A program made the translations under genes and the position numbers. Positions 1-33,017 of a stretch of 64,000 nucleotides of DNA are shown here, one piece after another. Positions within the stretch are counted from its first letter, which is position 1, and every line of letters starts with the position of its first letter. Origin of the DNA: Octopus bimaculoides. Taxonomy: Eukaryota. The stretch is taken from positions 146,445,896-146,509,895 of the forward strand of contig NC_068984.1 of assembly GCF_001194135.2 (NCBI RefSeq), in the 5' to 3' direction. The notes under the pieces were generated by a model. It saw only the letters and a program-made list of their open reading frames with translations, did not search any database and had not been told where the DNA came from.

Positions 1-580
1 ATATATATATATATATATCATCATCATTTAATGACTGCTTTCCATGCTGGCATCGGTTAAACCGTTTGGCAGGAGCTGGCAAGGATGGAGAGCTGAACCT
101 GAATCCAATTGTCCCATTTGGCATGGTTTCTACAGCTGGATGCCCTTCCTAATGTCAGCCAAATTACTGTGTATGCTGGGTGCTTTTAAAGTGGCATTGC
201 ATGAATGCTTTTCATGTGGCACCAGTACATGGCTCTTGCAGGCCAATCCTCTTCCCCAGGGGGAGGGTCCTCGACACCTCCTATATGCAAAGATGGGTCT
301 CCCATGGATATTTATTTCACACATAAAGCAACAGTAGACCAGAAGCTGAGAGACTTGTCCAAGATGCTACAGAGTTGGATTGAACCTGAAACCACACAAC
401 CAAGTTTGTGCTCGATCATCACCATTGTCATCATCATCTAACATTCTTCTTTTCCATGCTGGCATGGGTTGGACCATTCAACAGGAACCATTCACAATGA
501 ACATTTTGTATTTAGAACTTCACACAGACTTCTATTGTTCCTGGAAACAACCAAGACATTCCTTCATCATGAATACTTAC

Positions 581-11196
<10,616 letters not shown>

Positions 11197-11220
11197 TTTG
11201 CCTCGGTTTATGCTTTCTCA

Positions 11221-11234
11221 GTTGGCATGGCAAC
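11221..11234. promoter_or_regulatory. RFX X-box upstream of the DRC1 start codon
   Basis: GTTGGCATGGCAAC is one mismatch from the palindromic X-box GTTGCCATGGCAAC and lies 25 nt upstream of the DRC1 ATG. RFX control of motile-cilia genes is established. Confidence 0.65.
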
Positions 11235-11338
11235 AGCTGAAGTTCGAAAATGACAAAACAATTAGGTCAAAATATATCAAACCAAATTATTTTTTAGAAA
11301 TAGCTACTAATTAATTAAAATAATTATAAAATACTTAC

Positions 11339-11400
11339 CACACGTTGATGAACAAAAATAACTTTTTAAATACGAAAGCTAGTTAGAAATATATATTACC
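11339..11400 (-). other. Putative non-coding first exon of DRC1
   Basis: Minus-strand donor TG|GTAAGTAT at 11338 and acceptor ttttcgaacttcAG at 11238-11237 would give a ~100 nt 5'UTR intron. The 5' end of the exon is not determinable. Confidence 0.45.
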
Positions 11401-11418
11401 CACAATTCACATCACATT

Positions 11419-11425
11419 CCTTTCC
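11419..11425 (+). promoter_or_regulatory. TCT (polypyrimidine) initiator / 5'-TOP start of RPL11
   Basis: CCTTTCC fits YC(+1)TYTYY, with the predicted +1 (11420) 18 nt before the RPL11 ATG. This motif is typical of ribosomal-protein promoters. Confidence 0.75.
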
Positions 11426-11437
11426 GGTTTAAACAAA

Positions 11438-22652
<11,215 letters not shown>

Positions 22653-22789
22653 TTACATGAAATAAACAAAATAAATATTCAAATTATTTGTTTTAGTTAT
22701 TTTTTTCTTGTTTTTATTTTTAATTTTCTGTTTTGAACAAGGTCTGAGAAAGTGATTCTATGGTCCACCTCCTGCCAGCCTGGAACTTT

Positions 22790-23680
22790 GACCCTTCATT
22801 TGTTCAAGCCGGCCGTAATCGACCAAAATGAATTCGCCTTTATTTGTTCCAAGCCGGTCGTGTCCGAAAGCTCTACGAAATCGCTAAAAAAAAAATAAAC
22901 AAATCACGTTATTGTATTCGCATGGCTTGGGACATGATGCAGTGTGGTCTCTTAGGGAACCATTTCACCATCAGCACTGACACCTCTATTTTGACTTTTT
23001 TCTTCAGTGGTTTTGGCAGAAAATCTTGCCTGTGTAAGTACTTGAATGTGCAGTACTGTTATGGGAAACCGTAAAGGTTTACCCCATGAAATGAAAACAA
23101 AATTAAAAAATAGAGGGGACATTTTACAAATGCAAAAAGAAAATATATAGATTACTGCTTTTAAAGACAGATTTTATTTGTGTTTTCTAATGAACAACCT
23201 GGTGTTGGTGCTGAGGGGAAACCCCTCGTGAATATTTCTTATAACAAATATATGGGTGGGGTTGATAAATCCGACCAATATCGGGCATATTACCCAGTTG
23301 GTCAACCTGGGAAGAAATGGTGGAGGTACATTTTTGTGGTTTTTAGTTAGTTTAACTATAGTTAATTCATATATTGTATATGTAAAAAGCCACCAAAGGA
23401 CTACGACCATTTGAAATTCCGGGTTGACATCGCATCTTAGTTACGTGAGGGATTTTCTTCTAGAAAGCACAGAACTGGGAGAAAAGCAAAATTAACTGAG
23501 GTGGATGTCAACAGAAAATATTGACTTCCATAAAGTGGAAAAAATAAATGGATGAAAAAGAAGTTTGCAGAATTCGCTGCAAAAGGGTATCAGATTGAGA
23601 CTTCATATATGTGTTCCTTTTGCAAAGGGTGCTTTGGGCAGTCTCATGATAGAAATATGTCACTATATTATTTTGTAAGT
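22790..23680 (+). mobile_element. piggyBac transposase relic
   Basis: Frameshifted peptides TVMGNRKGLPHEMKTKLKNRGD and YNKYMGGVDKSDQYRAYY..KKWWRYIF..IVNSYI, typical of the piggyBac DDD domain, followed by a Cys-rich remnant. Boundaries are approximate. Confidence 0.8.
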
Positions 23681-24011
23681 ATCATCATCATCGTTTAACG
23701 TCCGCTTTCCATGCTAGCATGGGTTGGACGATTTGACTGAGGACTGGTGAAACCGGATGGCAACACCAGCCTCCAGTCTGATTTGGCAGAGTTTCTACAG
23801 CTGGATGCCCTTCCTAACGCCAACCACTCAGAGAGTGTAGTGGGTGCTTTTACGTGTCACCCGCACGAAGGCCAGCCAGGCGGTACTGGCAATGGCCACG
23901 CTCGAAATGGTGTATTTTATGTGACACCCGCACAGGAGCCAGTCCAGGGGCACTGGCAACGATCTCGCTCGAAAATCCTACGGAGGCCAGTCAGGCGGTA
24001 CTGGCAACGGC
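23681..24011 (-). repeat. (GAT)n-tailed SINE family, representative copy
   Basis: Shared core gagtggttggcgttaggaagggcatccagctgtagaaac..ccaacccatgctagcatggaaagcggacgttaaac(gat)n. Other copies at ~17-250, 1850-2005, 5795-5965, 6160-6368, 8311-8642, 12775-13000, 14168-14330, 16786-16975, 17480-17612, 20340-20478. Confidence 0.85.
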
Positions 24012-24529
24012 ATTAATTTTCAGTATGTTACACACCTGTATTCGCCTTTGTCTCACCTGTTAATGAGATTTTTTTAATTAGATGCATTCTGTTACGTAAA
24101 TGAATTCGTTAAATTGTATAAAAGTGCATAGCCAATGGTATATTGACTAGTAAAAGTTTTGTACTTTATTTTCAATGATGACATTTGAATGAAATATCGA
24201 AAAAGAGTAAAATCTACTGATTACACCTGTATTTAAATTAATGTACTTCATCTTGAAAACTGTAAAATTGTGGGCGGTTAACATCTGGGATAATTTTAGC
24301 AGCAAACCAAACAGCTAAGATGTATTAAGAATATGAATTTGAGTGTTTATTCATAATGTTATTGTTTTTACACATGTTAATTAAGTTTACCTGCCCATAA
24401 AAGTCAAATTTAGTCAGGAAGATCAGCTAAAATTACGTAATTATAAACCACTGGCATATAAGCACCCATTTACAGTTTCAAATCTGTATGTAGAAAATTA
24501 ACAAAGGATGTGGATATATATATATATAT

Positions 24530-25153
24530 ATTTATAATTCATAGCTCTTTAAAGCTATTATAACTGCGTTCCACCCATGCCACTACTGGTGATATCAATT
24601 TTTGAATTTATCTACAGATGATAGGAACAGTAGTGACATCTAACTTCAAATCTCAGTGTTTGAATATTTCATTTATATATTTTTCGCACCATGTGCTCTG
24701 ATTTTGGCGCAAAACAAAACCAGTTACACGGTCAGAGACTAACGTGAACAGTCACGGATTTAAACTGGTGGTCCACACTGACGAGGCTCAAGGTTAAATA
24801 CACAAAAGCCGAAACCTGGTTTGTGGATATCCCTAATTGCATAATATTTTTATTTGTGCTGTTAAATGTTTTAATCCTTTCTGTTTTCCTCGCATATTGT
24901 TTTTCTCTGTTATATTGGTGCGCTACGGTGGATTATTTAAGACTTAGCTCTTATTTCTAGCAGGTAGATGCTCATTAAGCATCATTACGCTTCGTGCAAA
25001 TTTATAATTCATAGCTCTTTAAAGCTATTATAACTGCGTTCCACCCATGCCACTACTGGTGATATCATCAATTTTTGAATTTATCCACAGATGATATGAA
25101 CAGTAGTGACATCTAACTTTAAATCTCAGTGCTTGAATATTTCATTTATATAT
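24530..25153 (+). mobile_element. Partial tandem (470-bp unit plus ~150-bp repeat) retrozyme/Penelope-like element
   Basis: 24530-24680 is repeated nearly identically at 25000-25153. The hammerhead lies in the unique middle, and both ends abut (TA)n. Confidence 0.6.
24771..24828 (+). ncRNA. Minimal type I hammerhead ribozyme motif
   Basis: gtccaca-CTGACGA-ggct(18-nt loop)agcc-GAAA-cc t gg-TT-tgtggat: complete core, 7-bp helix I, 4-bp helix II, very short helix III, GUU cleavage triplet (cut after 24821). Confidence 0.8.
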
Positions 25154-25164
25154 ATATATATATA

Positions 25165-25269
25165 CGAAGGGTGTATGAAAAGTCTTGAGCCTCAAAAAAC
25201 AAAACATGGCACAAGACTTCTGAGGAAGGTACAAGACTCCAAGGCTCAAAACTTTTCATACACCCCTCG
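25165..25269. mobile_element. Mini mariner-type MITE (105 bp)
   Basis: 28-bp TIRs CGAAGGGTGTATGAAAAGTCTTGAGCCT / AGGCTCAAAACTTTTCATACACCCCTCG, inserted in (TA)n/(TG)n. Confidence 0.7.
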
Positions 25270-25678
25270 TGTGTGTGTATATATATATATATATATAAAG
25301 CGTTCCCGAAGGTGCTGCGCAATGGGACTGAACTAGAAACGCCTTGGTTGCGACCCGAACTTAACCACGTTGCCTTGTCTGACAATTATTTTCCTTTCCA
25401 CTTTCACCATTTTAAAAGTGTCTCATCCAGATCGCTTCTTACGGTTCGTCTCTTCGACCTACCTTATTAGGAACACACGTTACATCATGTCTATTCTAAT
25501 AATAGTCATGATGCAACAGCCTCACAATAAAACCTGAAAGCAACCGGCTTTTCTTTTCTTTTTTCTTTTTTAAGTTATATAATGGAAAGTTGCCTCCAAC
25601 CAGACGCTCGTCTGTTTATTGTGAAATGGTGTTATACCAGTTTGATAAGCAATAGTTTTGTTTACAACAGACATCCAG

Positions 25679-25893
25679 GGTACTACTAAAGCAACACGGT
25701 CCCGAACGCGCAGTCGCGCGTCCGCGCCAGCCAGTCGTGAGTGGTCGATCCCAACCCTAACCCTAACCCTAAACACATTCATTTTCACACGCGGGATAGG
25801 GTTAGGGTAAGGGACAGGGTCAGGGCTAGGATCAACTACTCACGACTAGCTAGCGCGACCGCGCGCTCGGGACCGTGCTGCTTTAGTAGTACC
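25679..25893. mobile_element. Mutator-like/foldback MITE (215 bp) with internal telomere-like repeats
   Basis: Perfect 9-bp TSD GACATCCAG (25670-25678 and 25894-25902). TIRs of ~95-100 bp start GGTACTACTAAAGCA and end in (CCCTAA)3 / degenerate (TTAGGG)n around a ~20-nt spacer. Confidence 0.8.
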
Positions 25894-26193
25894 GACATCC
25901 AGTGACTGGGAATAACATCATTACTTGTTGAATGCCAGACATCTTCATACGTGTCTTCCTGCGTCAAATGAGTTTGAAAATAAAACCAACTCGACCCAAA
26001 GGAGAAAGGTGTCTTCTGCGTGGTCACTCGATATCCTGGAAATAACAGCCGCATCACCCTTACTATCTTTACACACACACACACACACACACATCTATGT
26101 ATGCTGATGAAGATTCATACATTCATACATATACACACGTATGTGTGTGTATATATATATATATATAAAGGGCATATATATATATATATATAT

Positions 26194-27120
26194 ATTGGGT
26201 CATCCCATAAGTAATGCGGTTTATTAATACTTCTTTTATTTTTGAAAATTAAGATATAGAAAGTTCTTTTTTAATCCAAAATGTACTCTCTTTCATTTTC
26301 TACAACACTCTACTATTTCTCTGGTAGACTTGCAAGGCCCCTCTTCCAAAACTCACTTGTCCGTGACGAAAGATACTCCTCTAGTTCTGTTCTGACCTTG
26401 TCTACAGCATTTATATTTTTTCCGTCGAAATGTTTTTGAAGACTGCGGTATTAATGATAATCAGATGGGGCAATGTCTGGCAAATATGGTGGATGGGGTA
26501 TCGTTTCCCATTCAAACTGCTCCAGCCCTTGGAATGCCATCCTCGCTGTATGTGGCCGAGCATTATCCTCATGGAAGAACACTTTGAAACCAAAGATGGT
26601 CGTTTTTCTTCTAGCGCTGACCTAAATCACTCAAGCTGCTCGCAGTAGATCTTTGTTATCGTTTGGTTTGGGTTTAAAAGTTCAAAGTAGACTAAACCTT
26701 TTTCATATCCCACCAAACAGATAACAACACCATACGTGGGTGAAGACCTTCTTTAGCCTGGGGTGCTGGTATTTCTCCTTTCCCTACCCACTGTCTTCGG
26801 CGTTTGACATTTTTATAGAGAACCTATTTCTCGTTACCAGTCACTATTTGGTCCACAAAAAGTTCATTCGCGAGACGTGACAGCAAAGAAGAGCACACAT
26901 TCACTCTCTGCGCGCGATTAGACTCGGAATGTTGACCCAATTTGCTGACTTTTCCAATGGCATGCAGGTGTCAATGAATGGTTGAATGACCAAATCCATG
27001 CTTCTCTGCTTTTCAGCAAATACGCCAGACCGTCTGGCGTATTTGGTGAAATTTTTTTCTTCAGAACATACTCTTCGTGGTTAGGTGATTTGGCATCTGT
27101 TTCTAGCATATAGGAGTCCA
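26194..27120 (-). mobile_element. mariner (DD34D) transposase relic with 3' TIR
   Basis: Disrupted peptides IVTGNEK*VLYKN, MVLLSVWWDMK, HEDNARPH, HPPYLPDIAPSDYH, FWKRGLASLPEK. TIR-like attgggtcatcccataagtaatgcgg at 26194. Confidence 0.9.
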
Positions 27121-27859
27121 CTTTATGTATATGTATAAAAATTTGTTTTCAGATGATAAAAATTTTCAGTTGTCAGTACTTTACATCCGAATACGAAATC
27201 GTGCTTACAGTGATTTATAAGACTTGGATGGGAAACATGTTTATATTAGAAATTCAAATATATGAAAAAATATAATAAAGATAATAAGATGTAAAATGTT
27301 AATGAAGTAAGATATAAGAACATGAAAACCGTGTGTAGATACATTCGAGGGAGAATAAATGGAGTTTAGTAATACGAGATATGAAGATAAAAGTCAGTTA
27401 AAAACCTACGGCCGTTTCAGGAAATATTAAGAGGTTGTAGGAACAGTCCATATTCAGCTCCATCGAATAATATTTCCTTCTTCAGGATTCGTTTTATCCA
27501 TTCTATATGATGAATCTCTATTGGTGGGTGGACGTCGAATGATTATATATATATATATATACTTTTGTTATTTACACCACCTGTCCTCGTCTGTTGTTAT
27601 TATTTGTATATTCTCCCATATATATATATATATATAGACACGGTGATAGATTGATAGANNNNNNNNNNNNNNNNNNNATATATATAAACAATTATGGGTA
27701 CAGGACATCACCAACTGTAAACAACATGAAGTGCGAAAACAAACGAGTTGTGTGATGTATTAAAGACACATTCTCGTTACGGTCGTTACATAGTGTCCTC
27801 GTCTCACTACTATACAAGACTCGGATCTGCTACATCCTTTTCATGAATTGTGACAGCGA

Positions 27860-28330
27860 CCGACCTTTAAGCATTTGATGCTTCTGGAACACCACTGGAG
27901 CACTGTACCTACCTTATCTGCGTTGGAGTAAACTTGGGCTGTACTCTTTCCTTTAAGGTACACGTCAAAAGAACCAAATTGAAAGTTTGTTCCCGAAAGC
28001 ACATCCCACGGAAAATGGGCAACTCCAGATGGGAAACCACAGCACATACATTAAGATCCATTGCTTTGGTCTTGTGCCGTTTCTCTGAGGAATATAGACG
28101 TCCCGTCTGAGAGAAGTCACTCCGTTTCAAGAAGAAGCTCGACCCAACATTGAACAACAACACCAGATGCCACCTAATCATTGTTTTCAGGAAACCTACC
28201 AACACAACCTGTTCCTCCTGACCCTCCTGATATTCGATAGGAAGTGGTTAACGAAGCCGAAATGATAAGAGGTGCATCGTTGCCATGGACGACAAACCCC
28301 CATCCAAACGACCGAAATTATGAAGCTTTC
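27860..28330 (+). mobile_element. LINE relic (I-group, Ingi/Vingi-like region downstream of the RT core)
   Basis: LEHCTYLICVGVNLGCTLSFKVHVKRTKLKVCSRKHIPRKMGNSRWETTAHTLRSIALVLCRFSEEYRRPV*EKS..KKLDPTLNN..PPDIR resembles the LGVTLDRTL/WGA..TLRTSALAL..AEY..PVW/PPDIRR motifs. Clade assignment is from memory. Confidence 0.7.
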
Positions 28331-30143
28331 TTAACCATTTCTAGCCTAATTTTGTTCTAAGTTTTTTTATGGTCAAATTCAAGCATGTGTATTTTACAAA
28401 TTCGTAACACAGAAATCCTTATGAGTGTCCTCTGGGTTTGCTAGAAATCACAGTGAAGTCTTTCTCGGATCACACACTGTATGGTTACGGGGGAAAAAAA
28501 CAAGCAAACATATTATATAATGTAATCAAATATACATTGTTATATGTTCATGTCTATGTGTATGCGTAGGTATACGTATATATGAATACATCCCCATTAT
28601 TAGTAATATTTTGTCAAGCGCATCTAGTGGACATGAACTGTGAATAAAGCGAATACGCACAGTGTCTCACTCCGTTATACATCATACAGTTGTAAGCATA
28701 CCACTTAAATAAACACGTAGAATCATAATAACGCCTTCAATGGGTTGTTTTATTGTCCAACACAAACCAAAGAATGCATAACACACATTATATCTAAAAG
28801 AGACTGGATGCTATTATTACTGGAGCGCTTTTGATAAAAACCCTGTTTGGTCTCGGAATAAAGAATAATTTTTTTTCATTTCGTATCAAAACCAGAGAAG
28901 TTACTTCCCTTTGACCAGTCATTTTTCTCGATTCATTTCTTCTCAAAGCTTTCTCTTGTCAATATTTGATGATTTGAATCGATCGATTTGCCTCGTTGTC
29001 ATCGCATTCCCTCCTCAATATTCTATTAGAGATAAAGCAAACATTGAACTTCGTATCAAATTGCTGAAAACTTTATTTTCTATAAGACGAAAGTAATACA
29101 TCAATAGTAGAACGTCTGTAAGCGTTACAGAAGATATGGCTTCGAGTCCCCCAGGAAGCCTTTGGTGTTTTCCGTCTAAAGGGATTTCTAATCTAGTATT
29201 CACATGCTATTATTTATTGCTTTTTCTGCTTCGAGTTCCACTGCTAAAAACAAATAAGACTGTGAACAGTCGTAGCAAAGATTAAAAAAGTATTAAAATT
29301 ATTAATGCCATTACAGCGTAGAAGACTCGTTTTATCCATTGAAAACCACACAGAAACTGTAAATCATTTATTATTTGGTATCAAAATATTTGTCGCAGTG
29401 TCTGTGACCTGGTCATTGACGCAGTTCCACTAAAAATGGTTAAGTGAGGTCAACAGTCTTTGTGCGTCTTTGAATGGCCAAAGTGAGTCTTTCAAGCTGT
29501 AATTGTTTTAGTCTCAACACACAAGACTCATATCAAATGTCACATAAGTACGATTCCAAGTATTATAAATGATGGTAAAAAATTTGAAATATTGGTTTCT
29601 ATTTTGGCTGGGAATAAAGGCTTGAAGAGAAATAAAAAGATTGTGATCTTCGATTTGCTTTTTTAAAGGGATCCAAACCAATGATTGAAACCGTGTCTCT
29701 TGTTTTACACTGCTGGCTAAAGTTGAGATATTCACTTAAAGCTACAGATTAAGGGACGGGTGGTGTGTGGGTGGTGGTCCTGTTATATAGTTACTTGAGC
29801 AGACGCAGTAAATTACTGGTATATATTTTCGATTAGCCCAGAATAACGAAAGGTACAACCACACTAGTTGGAATTGAACTCAATAGTTTGTAGCTAAATA
29901 TTACAAACCATTTAAGTCATCATTCTGCTGTTTCTATCTCCTTCACACTTCTGTATGATTAGATGGAGTCTGATAATTTACAGTTTAAGAATTTATGGAG
30001 AATCAAATAGTTTATTCCATTTCCCATTTTGTACTTTCTCTTTGTATTTTATTGAACTGTTGCGCCTAATTAAACTGTAATCAACATAACTTTGAATATT
30101 TTAGCTGAACTTTCATTACAGTTCTATATTTAAGACATGAGGA

Positions 30144-30292
30144 ATTATTTACATTTGACAGATATTTGTCCTCATCTTGTTTGTTGTTAACACAACGTTT
30201 CGGCTGATATACCCGCCAGCCTTCATCAGGTGTCTTGGGGAAATTTCGAACCTGGGTTCTCATTCCTAAGGTATTTTTCAATGTTGTTGTTG

Positions 30293-30347
<55 letters not shown>

Positions 30348-30522
30348 AGTCACTGCCTGGAATCGAACTCAGAATCTTGGGGCTAGTAGCCCGCGCTCTT
30401 AATCACTACGCCATATGCCCACGGGCATATGGCGTAGTGATGAAGGCTGGAGGGTATATCAGCCGAAACGTTGTGTTAACAACAAACAAGATGAGGACAA
30501 ATATCCGTCAAATGTAAATAAT
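30144..30522 (-). mobile_element. tRNA-headed SINE-like element with a hammerhead tail and an inverted terminal copy (Penelope-type structure)
   Basis: Minus strand: A/B-box head (TGGCGTAGTG...GTTCGATTCC, ~30420-30350), (AAT)n(AAC)n, then the hammerhead at 30234-30189. 30144-30228 and 30438-30522 are ~85-bp inverted repeats, and 30402-30441 is a perfect 19-bp junction hairpin. Confidence 0.65.
30189..30234 (-). ncRNA. Minimal type I hammerhead ribozyme motif
   Basis: gacac-CTGATGA-a-ggctg(10-nt loop)cagcc-GAAAC-GTT-gtgtt. Core is intact, with one extra A before helix II and a loopless helix III (dimer type). Confidence 0.6.
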
Positions 30523-31590
30523 ACACTTTCATTAGTTTAGAATGTGTGTTAAGTTATGGACATTTTAGGGTGGTCTTGTAGAATGTGTGAAGACGCGTGA
30601 TCCAGTGGTTGGGGTGTTGCACTCACGATCGCATGTTTGTTGTTTCGATTCCCGGACCGGGCGGCGTGTTGTGTTCTTAAACGAAACACTTCATTTAACA
30701 TAGCTCCAGTCCACTCAGCTGTCAATGGGTGCACCCCGAAACGGGTTGGCTTCTCGTTCAGGAGCAAAATGGCATTCGTCTCATCCATTTATACACCATG
30801 GAAACCAGCCAACCAACCTAATTATGAGTCCTAGGAGTTGAGGAGGAGGAATGTCCAGGGACCATTTATATAATGTGAGTTTGCGTATTATGATCGAGGA
30901 TCCATGTTCGATCTTGCTGTATGGCATCTGGGGGCAACGATCATTTTCTATCGCCTCGGGTCGACCCATACTTTCCAAGTGGAATCAGGTTAACAAAAAC
31001 TGTGCAGAAGCTCGCCGGATGTATTGTAATTGAAAAGGTGGTTCTGCATGAGAATTGCATTAAGAGTACACAGATCTGAGGAATACACAGCCACATTTAC
31101 ACTAATGGTTGTAGTAATTTGATTTGTCTAATAAATGAAAATTGTTGGTCAAAAATTCTAACCGAGATCCATTTTCTGCAATATGGTTTGGTTTGGTGTA
31201 AAATATGAAAGTGTTCAGATCCCTGCGCTGAGAGTCTTTAAAAGCAAATGTGGATAGAATAGAATGGTGGGATAAGATTAACGTTAATCCAGGATACATG
31301 CGAAATAGAGAGAGGGGGACGACAACCTATTCTTTACACAACGGTGCACATGCATATCACATTTGCATTCCTTTCAAGTAGAATTTAACTTGTTAATTGG
31401 TCTAAAGATATTCAGAAATAAACATAGATATTTGTTCAACTGTGATAGAACGGAATATATTGCGAATGGTGTTTAATACGGTCCAAATGAATACTTTTTT
31501 CTTAGTTTATGTTACAAGAAAATATTTCTTTTCAGATTTATTATTTCGAATTAATTTTTCTTTAATCGTACAAACATTAGAAGCAGAAAT

Positions 31591-32007
31591 TCATTTTACT
31601 CTGGAAGAGAGAGAAAGTTTGTTGATGTAGTCGGTGATAGCCTTGCGAGACCCAACAGTGTTCTGGAGATAGGCATTATACGAAGCTAAGAGATTAGCTC
31701 TGTTGGATGGATGCACTTCCTTTAAACGTTTCACTTCCTGTCTATAGAAGTCCTTTTCTCTCTGTTTCCAGTCATCGCCGACTTTCTTCTGTGAATTCGT
31801 TTTCTGTTTGCGGATGAGTTCTTTCCTGTAAATAATCAATAACTTATTTAAGACACACAACAAACAATGCTTTTTTTTTTGTTGTTCAACGCCATCGAAG
31901 GGCCATTCTAGCCATTGTAAGGGCATTGTTTTTCATAAAGCTATTTTTTTTAGTAGATTAAATTGACAAGAAGCTTCTTTTTCTAAAGCCAGTTACCTAG
32001 TTTCCAT
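31591..32007 (-). CDS. Putative small 81-aa protein, probably ciliary; family not recognised
   Basis: Exon 32007-31997 (ATGGAAACTAG|gtaact) plus exon 31825-31591 (acceptor tatttacAG) gives METRKELIRKQKTNSQKKVGDDWKQREKDFYRQEVKRLKEVHPSNRANLLASYNAYLQNTVGSRKAITDYINKLSLSSRVK*. The second exon could instead be an alternative terminal exon of the upstream large gene (phase 2 compatible). Confidence 0.6.
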
Positions 32008-32013
32008 GGCAAC
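32000..32013. promoter_or_regulatory. RFX X-box overlapping the small gene's ATG
   Basis: GTTTCCATGGCAAC fits the X-box consensus GTHNYY-AT-RRNAAC. Confidence 0.6.
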
Positions 32014-32823
32014 AAGTAACCGACATCACAATATTCCACCTGGTCAGTAGCCAGCCGGCTTCAAGGCCAGTAATTTTGAGGGGCGGGGGTCTTAGTCGAT
32101 TACATCGACTCCAGTACTTGACTCGTCCTTTATTTTATAGACTCTGAAGGGATGAAAAGGATTTCCCCCCCATCTCTTTATGTTCTGAGTTCAAATCCAT
32201 TCCAAGCGATTTGAACACAAAACCTAAAGAGATGCCGCTGATGATTCCGCCAGTTGGTTGCTTTATGGTTTAATATTAATAACATTTTTACTCGAGGGTT
32301 ACATACATATATGGATTATTATTAATGGTAGTAACGAGTCACATAAATCATTTAGTCACGAAAAAACAGCCGACGGAAGTCACATTGGTGGAGGTCATCC
32401 TATCGCCAAGTTTTCGTTGCTCAAATCCAAGTCAGCCTCGAACGACATGTTTGATAAATTATTAGTTTTAATTTAATTCAAAACGTTCTAATCCTGCCGT
32501 GGTCAATTTTACTTTTCATCTTTCCGGCACCAATAAAACAAAATACCAGTTAAGTAATAGTGGGTTTTTTGCCATTTACTGTACCCCACACCACACTACA
32601 CAAAAAAAAGAAAGTTTGGCCTTCTGTCTGTTTAAGAAATCTGACTAAATTTAATGTTCCATTTTTAACGAAGTGGATGAGTTTGGCACTTTTTACCAAG
32701 TAAATCAATTCCAGACTCAATTTTAGAGACACAGACCCACATATCATTCTGAATTTGCAGTCTCGCATGAAATAAAGTTTTTCTTTCTCTGGTCTTAAAT
32801 AATGGCTGTGTCTAAGTATCTAC

Positions 32824-32974
32824 TCTCTCTCTCTCTCCCTCTCTCTCTCACTTTCTCTCTTTCTCTTTCACTTCCTTTGTGTCCCTCTCCTCTTCCGCTT
32901 TTGATTTAACAATGTATCTATGTATCTATCTACTTCTTTTGCGATGAACGCCGTCACCACTCACTGTCTCTTTC

Positions 32975-33017
<43 letters not shown>

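Noticed and set aside
23735-23760. CTGAGGA...GAAAC in the (GAT)n SINE as a hammerhead
   Set aside because: Only 5 nt lie between the motifs, so helix II cannot form, and there is no helix I or III.
27395-27475. Minus-strand CTGAATA...GAAACGGCC hammerhead-like motif
   Set aside because: Lacks G8, and no convincing helix I or II.
27841-28293. Minus-strand ORFs (27841-28047, 27909-28205) with plausible splice sites and an X-box-like GTTGCCATGGACGAC at 28279-28293
   Set aside because: The plus strand encodes a recognisable decayed LINE peptide across the whole interval, so these signals are antisense coincidences.
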